Origin: Syntrophaceae bacterium
GTDB lineage: Bacteria > Desulfobacterota > Syntrophia > Syntrophales > Smithellaceae
Length of the DNA: 64,000 bases
Assembly (NCBI GenBank): GCA_025355345.1
Contig: JANXZU010000098.1
Location: 960-64,959, forward strand
Direction of reading: 5' to 3'
The notes under the pieces are model-generated. The model had not been told where the DNA came from and ran no database searches. It saw nothing but the letters and a program-made list of their open reading frames with translations. Shown piece by piece: positions 26,881-35,962 of the stretch. The translations under genes were made by a program, and so were the position numbers. Every line of letters starts with the position of its first letter. Position 1 is the first letter of the stretch.

Positions 26881-28233
26881 ATGACGAAAGTATTGCTAAT
26901 CTCTGCAAACACTTTGAGAATGCCCTATCCGGTATATCCACTGGGGCTTGACTATGTTGCCGGTTCTCTGGATTCCCGTTATTCGACAAAAATAGTAGAT
27001 TTGAACACTGTTTTAGATCTGGATGAAGTGGGTGCGATTATTCGAGAATTTTCTCCCGATTTTGTCGGGATATCAATTCGAAATGTAGATAATACCGATA
27101 CAATGAATAGTCGCGCTTTTTTATCCGATTATCAAAACCTTGTACGCGAGATTCGGAAAAATTCACAAGCGAAATTGATATTAGGCGGTAGCGGTTATAC
27201 AGTTTTTCCTGTTGAATTTTTACAGGCGCTGGATGCCGATTACGGCATTGCCGGCGAAGGAGAAAGATTATCTTTACTTCTGGATGCATTGGAAAAGAAT
27301 GAAAGTGTGCAATTCATGCCCGGAGTTGTGACTAAGGAGACTGTAACTGTTTCTTATGATCCATGGGGCGGTGACGTCCAAAGACGTTTTGATCCCGAAG
27401 GTGTAAACACCGGTTTTTATCTTTCCTACGGGGGGATGCTTAACCTGCAAACAAAAAGGGGCTGTCCCTTCCGCTGCAGCTATTGCACCTATCCGCATAT
27501 TGAAGGCAGCCGGATGCGGTTTTTCCCCGCCCGCGAAATAGCCCAAAAAGCCCGCGAATTGCAGGATGCCGGAGCTAAATATATATTCATCACCGATTCC
27601 GCCTTTAATGCCAGTTATGACCACAGCAGGCTTGTCGCCGAGGCTTTTATTGCAGCTCACGTATCGATTCCTTGGGGTGGATTCTTTGCTCCCACCATAT
27701 CTCCCGCAGATTATTATAAGTTACTGGCTGATGCGGGGCTCACGCATGTGGAATTTGGGACGGAATCTTTATCCGATACAATGCTCACAAATTTGCAAAA
27801 ACCTTTTGCCTCCCGAGATGTTTTTGCCGCTCATAAGCAAGCGCTGAAAGCTAATCTGCATATTGCCCATTATTTCCTTTTAGGTGGTCCCGGTGAAAAC
27901 GCTCAGACACTTCAGGACACACTAAATGGAGTGGATACACTGGAAAAATCAGTTTTTTTCTTTTTTTGCGGTATTCGGATTTACCCTCATACCGCCCTAT
28001 ATGATGTAGCCTTGAAGGAAGGCCAAATTTCGCACTCTCAAAGTCTTTTGCATCCTGTATTTTACTCCTCCCCGCATATATCTGGCAAAGAAATTATGCA
28101 AGCAGTAGAGAATCATGCCAATGGCCGTTTTAATTGGATAGTTGGTTCCGGTGAAAATAAAGCAACCCGTGTTTTGCCCAAGCTCTATGAACGGGGATTT
28201 ACAGGGCCACTTTGGGAACATTTGATTCAGTGA
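26881..28233 (+). CDS. B12-binding-domain radical SAM protein
   Basis: N-terminal Rossmann-like B12-binding segment (KVLLISAN..PLGLDYVAGSL..KIVDLN) and the CxxxCxxC motif RGCPFRCSYCTYP. Confidence 0.8.
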   Translation: MTKVLLISANTLRMPYPVYPLGLDYVAGSLDSRYSTKIVDLNTVLDLDEVGAIIREFSPDFVGISIRNVDNTDTMNSRAFLSDYQNLVREIRKNSQAKLILGGSGYTVFPVEFLQALDADYGIAGEGERLSLLLDALEKNESVQFMPGVVTKETVTVSYDPWGGDVQRRFDPEGVNTGFYLSYGGMLNLQTKRGCPFRCSYCTYPHIEGSRMRFFPAREIAQKARELQDAGAKYIFITDSAFNASYDHSRLVAEAFIAAHVSIPWGGFFAPTISPADYYKLLADAGLTHVEFGTESLSDTMLTNLQKPFASRDVFAAHKQALKANLHIAHYFLLGGPGENAQTLQDTLNGVDTLEKSVFFFFCGIRIYPHTALYDVALKEGQISHSQSLLHPVFYSSPHISGKEIMQAVENHANGRFNWIVGSGENKATRVLPKLYERGFTGPLWEHLIQ

Positions 28234-28243
28234 GGGCGACTTG

Positions 28244-29053
28244 ATGAAACGAAAGCTGCTTTCTAGCAATCCGGCTGTAGTTACGGGAATAGTTCTCCTG
28301 GCTGTCAGCGCCCTGGTATTTGCGGTTAATCCTCTATTTGCTGCGGCTATTGCCCTTTTTTATATTCTTCTTTGCGTCAGCGCATGTTTTTTGCCGCAAA
28401 CCAATTTTCTCCTGCCCGAGATCAGCCGTGGTCAAACCGGCAAAAATCTGGTTGCGCTCACTTTTGACGATGGCCCCGCCGAACCGACAACAAGGCAAAT
28501 ACTTGATTTGCTCGACAAGTATTCAGTTAAGGCGACTTTCTTTGTTTCCGGTATCAATGCCTTGCGCTATCCCGAAATCATCAAAGAAATAGTTTCCCGT
28601 GGCCATAGTATTGGTAATCATTCGTTTAGCCATAATCCTTTTTTGATGCTGACAAACTTTAATAATCTGTATCGGGAGATTTCTATGGCTCAGGAAATAT
28701 TACGGAAAATGGGTATAAACACAAAGGCATTTCGGCCGCCGGTAGGTATTGTGAACCCCAAGCTGTCCCCAATTCTGGATAAATTAGGGATGTTTTGTCT
28801 GACCTTTAGTTGTCGCGCTTTTGATGCCGGTAATTTCCATGTAAAAGAAATTGGTTCTAAAATCCTGAGAAAAGTTAAGGCCGATGATATTATCCTGCTT
28901 CACGATGTGCCGCCCCGCAGGAAAGAAGACAGTGCGTTTTTTTTGCCGGAGATTGAGCGGCTGCTTAACGGAATTATTGCTAAAGGTTTATGTATTGTTC
29001 CTCTTGCCGATTTGATCAATCAAGAAGTCATGAACAGGAGTGATAATCTTTAG
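28244..29053 (+). CDS. Membrane-anchored polysaccharide deacetylase (NodB homology domain)
   Basis: Two N-terminal TM helices plus NodB motifs TFDDGP and GHSIGNHSFSH. Confidence 0.8.
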   Translation: MKRKLLSSNPAVVTGIVLLAVSALVFAVNPLFAAAIALFYILLCVSACFLPQTNFLLPEISRGQTGKNLVALTFDDGPAEPTTRQILDLLDKYSVKATFFVSGINALRYPEIIKEIVSRGHSIGNHSFSHNPFLMLTNFNNLYREISMAQEILRKMGINTKAFRPPVGIVNPKLSPILDKLGMFCLTFSCRAFDAGNFHVKEIGSKILRKVKADDIILLHDVPPRRKEDSAFFLPEIERLLNGIIAKGLCIVPLADLINQEVMNRSDNL

Positions 29054-29087
29054 GAAATAAATAATCATTGACCTAATAAAATATTTT

Positions 29088-29116
29088 TTGATTGAAAAAA
29101 TAATCAGTGATATATA
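29088..29116 (+). promoter_or_regulatory. Possible internal promoter of the lipid cluster
   Basis: TTGATT (29088-29093), 17 nt, TATATA (29111-29116) in an AT-rich 102-nt gap. The spacer contains the palindrome TGATT-n8-AATCA. Confidence 0.4.
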
Positions 29117-29155
29117 ATAAAATTACTGATATGCATTTTAATTGGCAAGCGAACA

Positions 29156-29545
29156 GTGAAGGGATATGATTTGAAAGATTCAAGGCAATTGCTCAGGGAG
29201 GTTAATTCAATTACTCCCAATAAGATCGAAGCGTTAGCTTATGTGCCAATTGATTCGTCCTGGTTTCTGGGTCATTTTCCCAATGAGCCGATTCTTCCGG
29301 GGATAGCTTTAGTTGATATGGTCCAGCAGGCCATTATTCAGGATGCCGTTGCCAAGGGCGAAGAAATTACTTTTTTAGCTCTAAAAAGAGTTAGGTTTAC
29401 CCAACCTGTTCGTCCCGGTGAATCTTTAAAGATGACTGTAACTCGGGGGGAAGCAGGCGAAGAAACCATATTTACCTTTAAAGTAGCTCATGAGCAAAAT
29501 ATTGTCTGCAGCGGGCAAATCGTCGCGAAGAAGAAAAAAAGATAA
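29156..29545 (+). CDS. FabZ/FabA-like hot-dog 3-hydroxyacyl-ACP dehydratase
   Basis: FLGHFPNEPILPGIALVDM matches the HFPxxPxxPG catalytic-His motif. GTG start. Confidence 0.75.
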   Translation: MKGYDLKDSRQLLREVNSITPNKIEALAYVPIDSSWFLGHFPNEPILPGIALVDMVQQAIIQDAVAKGEEITFLALKRVRFTQPVRPGESLKMTVTRGEAGEETIFTFKVAHEQNIVCSGQIVAKKKKR

Positions 29546-29568
29546 ACAAATATATAAGGAGGGAAGAG

Positions 29569-29841
29569 ATGCCTGAAACAAATGATATACAGGGCATTAT
29601 AAGGAAGGTAGCTGAAATTATCATTGGAGAACTGAAGCTGGAAGATGTTACAGTAGATACGTTCAGTCCGGAGATGGATTTGGTTGATGAATTGGGTATT
29701 GACAGTATGGATTTGGCGACAATCGCTCTGGTTCTGCAAGATGAATACAAAATTGTGATTGACGAAGACGATTATCCGAAATTAAAATCCATTCGCATGA
29801 TAGCTGAATATATTTCCGAAAAACTTACCGCGAAGGGTTAA
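29569..29841 (+). CDS. Acyl carrier protein (second copy)
   Basis: 90 aa with LGIDSMDLATI attachment-site context. RBS 'aaggaggg' lies upstream. Confidence 0.8.
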   Translation: MPETNDIQGIIRKVAEIIIGELKLEDVTVDTFSPEMDLVDELGIDSMDLATIALVLQDEYKIVIDEDDYPKLKSIRMIAEYISEKLTAKG

Positions 29842-29861
29842 TTTACAGAAGATAATTGTCT

Positions 29862-30935
29862 ATGACCATTAACAATAAAACAGTTTCTGAAACAGCCAAA
29901 CCAAAATTCGCCGAACTTTTAGCAAATCCTGCGGTGAGAGCTCGCTGGGAAAAAGTAAGAAAATATTTTTTTCTGCGGGAATCCACGTACGACATGAGTA
30001 ACCGTTGCAATATACGATGTGACGGCTGCTATTACTACGAAGGAGAAAAGCAGTTTGCGCCGGAGAATTTGGACGCACAGGCATGGCGCAAGCTTATGCA
30101 GGATGAAAAGGCCCGCGGCATTACTTACGTGGTATTGGCCGGCGCTGAACCGTCACTGGTACCGGAGCTCCTCGATGTTTGCTATTCGGAAATGCCGCTG
30201 GGAAGTATTGCCACCAATGGATTTAAAAAAATACCGGAATCTGTCGGTTACAAGATTCATATTTCAGTTTGGGGAAACGATGAAACCAGCCTGCGCGTGA
30301 GAAAAGCCAGGAATCTTTTGTCAAAACAAATCGAGAACTATCAGAATGATCCACGTGCTGTCTTTGTTTACACATTTACACGGGAAAATATTGAAGAAGC
30401 ATATGAAGTTGCCGGAAAGCTCGGTGCGAGCAGTTGCAAACTGACTTTTAACGTATTTTCTTCTCCGGTAGGTTATACCGGTCCTTTGCGTCATAACGAA
30501 GAGTCGCTTCAAAAAGTTCAGTCAACAATGATCGCGCTACTTAAAAAATATCCGCAAAATGTTATTTTTTCCGTTTACAATGCTGTAGCCCATGCGCACA
30601 AGGGATCCTTGCATGATCTCTACAGTTGTTCTTATCCCCGGCAAAACAGTTCACAGGACATCGGGTTAGGAAGATCATTCCGGCAATATCGAACGGACTT
30701 AAACTGGGACAGGTCGGTTGCCTGCTGCGTGCCGGATACGGACTGTGCTGATTGCCGGCATTATGCTGCTGGTTCGGCAGTTGTTACCGCCCGACTTTAC
30801 CGTCATGTAAGTAATCTGGCCACATTTCAATCATGGCTTGATTATGTAGATACTTATCTGGCGGTTTGGGTAATGGGTTATGAAAAAGGGGATAATCTTT
30901 GCGCGGAATTAATCAGTCCGCCGCAATCGGTTTAA
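29862..30935 (+). CDS. Radical SAM protein with C-terminal auxiliary Cys motif (paralogue A)
   Basis: YDMSNRCNIRCDGCYY (CxxxCxxC) and C-terminal ACCVPDTDCADCRHY (CC-x5-C-x2-C). Confidence 0.8.
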   Translation: MTINNKTVSETAKPKFAELLANPAVRARWEKVRKYFFLRESTYDMSNRCNIRCDGCYYYEGEKQFAPENLDAQAWRKLMQDEKARGITYVVLAGAEPSLVPELLDVCYSEMPLGSIATNGFKKIPESVGYKIHISVWGNDETSLRVRKARNLLSKQIENYQNDPRAVFVYTFTRENIEEAYEVAGKLGASSCKLTFNVFSSPVGYTGPLRHNEESLQKVQSTMIALLKKYPQNVIFSVYNAVAHAHKGSLHDLYSCSYPRQNSSQDIGLGRSFRQYRTDLNWDRSVACCVPDTDCADCRHYAAGSAVVTARLYRHVSNLATFQSWLDYVDTYLAVWVMGYEKGDNLCAELISPPQSV

Positions 30936-30983
30936 AGTAAAATTTACATGCTGCTTTGTCAGCCGTAAAAAAGGGTAAGGTAA

Positions 30984-31979
30984 ATGAAGACAATAAGTTC
31001 ACTTTTGGACAAGCAGTGGCATGATCGCTATAAACGAATATCTACTCTTAATATTCGGAGTTCTATATACGATGTAACCAACCGCTGCAATTTACGTTGC
31101 AAAGGATGTTTTTTCTTTTCTTCCGGGGAACATCAAGTGGAAGAGGAAACCGATATAAAAAAATGGGAAGACTTTATTGATGCGGAAAAAGAACGCGGAG
31201 TAAATCTGGCGATTTTGATCGGCGGTGAACCAACTTTGTGCATGGATCGAGTGGAATCCTTCTACAGGCGATTGCCCAGTTACTGTGCCACCAACGGTTT
31301 GATTAAACTTGACCGGAAAAGGTTTCCTGATTTGATGGTTGGCATTTCCCTATGGGGCGGCGGTGAAGATGAAAAGATTCTCCGTGGCCGTGATACTTTT
31401 GCCATTTCCAGTAAAAATTATGCCGGAGATCCATACACCTATTATCTTTATACCATAACGCCAAAGCAGGTAGGCAAGATTGAACCGGTAATAAAGCAAA
31501 TCGTGGATGTCGGATTAAAGGTGCACCTCCAACTTTTATCAAACGATGAAAGCGTTGATGGATTTTCCTGGCAGCCAAGTGAGCTCAAAGATTTACGCTC
31601 TGAGATGGACGGAGTGCTCGATAGGTACCCGCGAACTGTGATATCCAGTAAATATTATCACGAGGTAATCACTACGGGGATGATGATGGGGCGGAATTTT
31701 TGTTGGAACGAATGCCCGTCGGTTACCGAATCGCTTGATAATAGAAAGCCACAGCCTAGGCGTTTAATTCGCTTTGCCCGCTGGGCAGCCGATTTAAAAA
31801 CGGTGCATCGCTGCTGTACATCAGCAACGCGCGATTGTTCCACCTGTAAAGATGGCGCGGCACATATGAGCTGGATTATGGTCAACAAACGTGAACATAT
31901 GAAATCAACAAAAGATCTACAAAACTGGATCGAAGTTTATGAAATGTTTGCAAAGCTATACAGCTTTATTCCCTGGTAA
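30984..31979 (+). CDS. Radical SAM protein with C-terminal auxiliary Cys motif (paralogue B)
   Basis: YDVTNRCNLRCKGCFF (CxxxCxxC) and C-terminal RCCTSATRDCSTCKDG (CC-x6-C-x2-C). It is colinear with paralogue A. Confidence 0.8.
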   Translation: MKTISSLLDKQWHDRYKRISTLNIRSSIYDVTNRCNLRCKGCFFFSSGEHQVEEETDIKKWEDFIDAEKERGVNLAILIGGEPTLCMDRVESFYRRLPSYCATNGLIKLDRKRFPDLMVGISLWGGGEDEKILRGRDTFAISSKNYAGDPYTYYLYTITPKQVGKIEPVIKQIVDVGLKVHLQLLSNDESVDGFSWQPSELKDLRSEMDGVLDRYPRTVISSKYYHEVITTGMMMGRNFCWNECPSVTESLDNRKPQPRRLIRFARWAADLKTVHRCCTSATRDCSTCKDGAAHMSWIMVNKREHMKSTKDLQNWIEVYEMFAKLYSFIPW

Positions 31980-32050
31980 CATCTAATTGCCTTTATGATC
32001 GGATCCCTCTCCCTGAGCATGAATGGGTTTTTGACTTGAGGATTGTAGTA

Positions 32051-33301
32051 ATGGTTTCAAAAAAAGCAGTAGTATTAGGTTATGATGCCGTCTCTTCCTT
32101 AGGCACTGACTTGGAAGACCAATGGCAGAAGGCTTTGCTAGGTGAAAGCGGCATTGGATGCCTGACTCGATTTCCACTTACAGCCGATTTTCCGGTGCGT
32201 GTGGCGGGGCAGGTGGCGGACGTGGATATCCGTCCCTATCCTTTTTTACAACCACGGGAAATGGCACACTGGACATCGCCGATATTCAAATACGCCCTTT
32301 TAGTGGTTTACAGGGCGCTGCAAAAAAGCGGCATAGAAATAACGCCCGCAATTGCGCCGCGAGTGGCAGTTACATTCAGTACAGCGGTTGGTGGATTGGA
32401 CGCATTGCTTGCGGCAGACCGCCTGTTGATTGCCGAGCGGAAAATGCCTCATCCATTTGCCAACCCCAATTCCTGTATCAACATGGTTGGAGGTAAGATC
32501 TCTATTCTTGCCGGTGCAACGGGTCCTATTTGCTCGACGGTTACTGCTTGTGCTACAGGTATTACATCTCTTATTATCGGCGAAATGATGCTCAAATGTG
32601 GTATGGCTGATATTGTCATCGGTGGCGCAGTTGACTTTCCTTTGGTTGAACCGATCGTGGCCGGATTTTCCACAATGAACGGTACTTATCGCCAAAAAGA
32701 AGGGCAGGATTTGGAACTACCCGGAAAAATCAGCAGACCGTTTTCGGTAAATAGAAGAGGTTTTGTTGTTTCCGAAGGAGCCGGCTGCATTATTTTAGCG
32801 ACTCAAGCTTTTGCCAAAGCCCATGGGCTTAAGCCACAGATTGAAATAGCCGGATCGGGAATGACTTCCGACGCGAGTCATGTTGTTTCGCCTAACCTTT
32901 CGACTGTCCAGAGATGTATTGGAGAGTCTTTGGCCGATGCCGGATTGCAGCCGTCGAATATCGACGCAATCAACGCGCATGCGACATCCACCAAAGTAGG
33001 TGATAAGGTGGAAGCTGATGCTCTTGGCAATATTTTCGGGAAAAAAGTGCCGCCGGTCTCAGCAAACAAATCACAGTTAGGGCACGCCATGGGAGCATCC
33101 AGCGCCATCGAAGCAATTCTCGCTATGGAAGGAATGCTCAAAGATACCGTGCTGCCCACAATAAACTACAAGCATGATCCGGCAATTGATATCGATTGTG
33201 TCGCGGAAGGAGCAAGAAAACTAAAACAGGAATTTGTGCTGAAAAACGCTTTTGGTTTTGGCGGATGCAATTCCTGTTTGGTCTTGCACAGAATCGCATA
33301 A
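32051..33301 (+). CDS. Beta-ketoacyl-ACP synthase (KAS I/II type)
   Basis: Active-site Cys in TACATG and His residues in NAHATST and LGHAMGAS. ATG 32051 lies 8 nt after 'gagga'. Confidence 0.85.
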   Translation: MVSKKAVVLGYDAVSSLGTDLEDQWQKALLGESGIGCLTRFPLTADFPVRVAGQVADVDIRPYPFLQPREMAHWTSPIFKYALLVVYRALQKSGIEITPAIAPRVAVTFSTAVGGLDALLAADRLLIAERKMPHPFANPNSCINMVGGKISILAGATGPICSTVTACATGITSLIIGEMMLKCGMADIVIGGAVDFPLVEPIVAGFSTMNGTYRQKEGQDLELPGKISRPFSVNRRGFVVSEGAGCIILATQAFAKAHGLKPQIEIAGSGMTSDASHVVSPNLSTVQRCIGESLADAGLQPSNIDAINAHATSTKVGDKVEADALGNIFGKKVPPVSANKSQLGHAMGASSAIEAILAMEGMLKDTVLPTINYKHDPAIDIDCVAEGARKLKQEFVLKNAFGFGGCNSCLVLHRIA

Positions 33302-33319
33302 AGAATATATAGTGAAATT

Positions 33320-34585
33320 ATGAGAGCACCTAAAAACAGAAAAGTATTCGTTGTTGGTTACGGCACAGCAACGCCGCTGGGCGGCAGCTTTGAAAAAACC
33401 TGGAAGAGGGCTGTAAAAGGCGAGGCTGGTTTTCGCAAGGTAACACGCTGCAAAGTGGAATCGGCCTGTGATGTTGTCGGCGAGATTCCTGATTGGTATC
33501 CGCTGGAGCTGGATTTTGCCGATGCCAAAGAGGTATATAACTGGAATGCGTCGTTTGTAATATTAACTATGGCCGTTTGCAAAGAGGCTCTGGAAAATTC
33601 AGGCATAATTGTTGATGAAAAGATTGCCCCGCGCATGGCCTGTCTTATCGGTTCAGCGCTTAACGGTGCCGATGCTTTCCGCACAGCAATGCACGATCTA
33701 GAACACCGCGGCCCGCTGAGAGTAAGTCCTTATCTACTACCTAATCTTTGCGCGAATATTCCTTCCGGAAAAGCCGGGATGATGCTGAAATTTACTGGTC
33801 CGATATTTTCACCGCAGGGTGCTTGTGCTTCAGGTAATTATGCTATCGGTATCGGGGCGCGGATGATTCGGGATGGTGATTGTGATTTTGTTCTTGCCGG
33901 CGGCGCTGACGCGCCGATCTTACCCGAGCTTATTCACGGTTTTGCCAATATGAACGCCACGATTAAGGTGCACCACGAAGATCGAGGTTTTAAAGATCAT
34001 GGGCAGGTATCCCGTCCTTTCAGTATTGACCGTAAAGGATTTGTCCTTTCCGAAGGCGCCGGGGTCATTGTTCTGGCAGCTGAAGAAACAATCAAAGCTT
34101 ACGGTCTTACACCCAAAGCTGAAGTGTTGGGTATAGGATGGAGTTCGGATGCTCATCATTACACCAGCCCCAATGCCGGAACAATTATTCGCGCGATCAA
34201 AGAGACAATCGATGATGCCGGTTTAAAGCCGGAAGATATTCAGTATATCAATGCTCATGGCACTTCCACGCCCAAGGGTGACAGTACCGAGGTAAAGTGT
34301 TTAAGAGAAGTATTCGGCAAAAACATAGAAGACATTCCGGTTTCCTCCAATAAGTCGCAATTGGGACACACGTTAGGAGCAACTGCTGCAATTGAGGCTG
34401 CGCTGACTATTGAAGGTATGCGCAAGGGAATAATCTTACCTACAATCAATCATATTCCCGATCCACAGTTTTCCGATATAGATGTTGTACCTAACGTCGC
34501 CCGCAAAAATAAGTACGAAATCGCCTTATCCAATGCGTTTGGTTTTGGCGGTACAAATTGCTGTGTAATTTTTCGAGGAGTTTGA
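33320..34585 (+). CDS. Beta-ketoacyl-ACP synthase (second KAS I/II-type)
   Basis: Cys in GACASG and His residues in NAHGTST and LGHTLGAT. Confidence 0.85.
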   Translation: MRAPKNRKVFVVGYGTATPLGGSFEKTWKRAVKGEAGFRKVTRCKVESACDVVGEIPDWYPLELDFADAKEVYNWNASFVILTMAVCKEALENSGIIVDEKIAPRMACLIGSALNGADAFRTAMHDLEHRGPLRVSPYLLPNLCANIPSGKAGMMLKFTGPIFSPQGACASGNYAIGIGARMIRDGDCDFVLAGGADAPILPELIHGFANMNATIKVHHEDRGFKDHGQVSRPFSIDRKGFVLSEGAGVIVLAAEETIKAYGLTPKAEVLGIGWSSDAHHYTSPNAGTIIRAIKETIDDAGLKPEDIQYINAHGTSTPKGDSTEVKCLREVFGKNIEDIPVSSNKSQLGHTLGATAAIEAALTIEGMRKGIILPTINHIPDPQFSDIDVVPNVARKNKYEIALSNAFGFGGTNCCVIFRGV

Positions 34586-34586
34586 A

Positions 34587-35066
34587 ATGAAACCAAAGCC
34601 ATTTAAACCGGAGATATTTAATGACGATGAGCGTTATATCCGCGACGAGACCACGGGGCTTATATGGCATCGTACCTGCCACCGGACGCTATATGCCGAT
34701 ACGGATCGCTCCGAGGTTGTTTATCATTCCAATTATCTGCGCTATTTTGAGTTCGGCAGGACGTCTCTTATGCGTGACGCCGCATATACTTACAAGGAGA
34801 TAGAGGAAAGCGGCTATGTTTATCCGATAATAGATTTAGGCATAAATTTCTATCAGCCGCTTTATTATGATGATCTGATGTATATTCATAGCCGACCTGT
34901 TAATCTGGAGCGGGTGCGCCTGCAGTTTGATTATTTAATAACACATGCGGCAAATGGTCATATCGTTTGCATCGGGTTTACGAAGCATTGCGCTTTGAAT
35001 CAGTCTGGTAGGCCTGTTGCAGTTGACCCCAAAACGGTTCATCTATGGAAATCATTTCCGGCGTGA
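34587..35066 (+). CDS. Hot-dog (4HBT/YbgC-like) acyl thioesterase
   Basis: YADTDRSEVVYHSNYLRYFE catalytic-Asp region. The start lies 1 nt after the preceding stop. Confidence 0.7.
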   Translation: MKPKPFKPEIFNDDERYIRDETTGLIWHRTCHRTLYADTDRSEVVYHSNYLRYFEFGRTSLMRDAAYTYKEIEESGYVYPIIDLGINFYQPLYYDDLMYIHSRPVNLERVRLQFDYLITHAANGHIVCIGFTKHCALNQSGRPVAVDPKTVHLWKSFPA

Positions 35067-35905
35067 AGAAAAAAGAACGCTATCCTCTGGAAATTAAGAC
35101 GTATTCTTATCTGCAGGATCATTGCTTTGAAGGGCAGGCAATCTTTCCGGCTGTGGAAGCTCTTATTATACTGGCGGGTGTGGCTGCGGCAAACTTTTCG
35201 CAAATAAATGTTTGCCTGCAGAGGCAAGCACGTTTCCCCCGCTTTTTATCGATTGATCCACAGGAGCAAGTGAAAAAAGTATTTGCCGATATCGGAGAGA
35301 TAACAGAAGGTTCGCTCAGTGTCGCAATTGCCACCAAGGCCAAGAGCGGAACAATTAGTAGGATGATGGAACACGCTTATGTGGAATTTGCGGATTCGCA
35401 AGCGCCTGGGTTCTTGCCAGCGCCATCAGCGGATTTTATGCATTTGGGCGGTAAGCGCTTCACTTTATCCGCGGCGGCGATTTACCGTGAGCTTGTGCCT
35501 TTCGGTAAGGCCTATCAAAATATTGTTGGTGAACTTTCTTTATCGCCTCAAGGTGCAATTGCTAATCTTTATGGTGGAGAAGGTGAAGCAAATGACGATC
35601 TTATTGGTTCACCCTTTCCGTTGGATGCAGCTCTGCATGCTGCCTGCTCGTGGGGACAGCGCTACGCCGGTATTGTTGCTTTTCCGGTGGGTTTTACAGA
35701 AAGAATAATTTACCGAAAAACAAAAAAGAGAAGTAATTATATCGGGAGAATTATCCCGGTTAATATCAGCCGCGTGCCACTTATATTTGATGCGTCTATT
35801 TATGATTTAGATGGTATATTATATGAAAGCATAAGTGGTATTAAAATGCGTGATGTTTCGCAGGGGCGACTGCGGCCTCCGGATTGGATAAAGGCAGATT
35901 TGTAA
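35045..35905 (+). CDS. PKS-type double hot-dog dehydratase domain protein
   Basis: HCFEGQAIFP matches the PKS DH motif HxxxGxxxxP, and the later LDAALHAA resembles DxxxQ/H. The start is ATG 35045, or GTG 35063 overlapping the upstream stop. Confidence 0.65.
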   Translation: MEIISGVKKKERYPLEIKTYSYLQDHCFEGQAIFPAVEALIILAGVAAANFSQINVCLQRQARFPRFLSIDPQEQVKKVFADIGEITEGSLSVAIATKAKSGTISRMMEHAYVEFADSQAPGFLPAPSADFMHLGGKRFTLSAAAIYRELVPFGKAYQNIVGELSLSPQGAIANLYGGEGEANDDLIGSPFPLDAALHAACSWGQRYAGIVAFPVGFTERIIYRKTKKRSNYIGRIIPVNISRVPLIFDASIYDLDGILYESISGIKMRDVSQGRLRPPDWIKADL

Positions 35906-35962
35906 AAACTATTGATGGTCTCATCCACGTTGTCTATGATAAAGTAAAAGGAGAAATATTTG

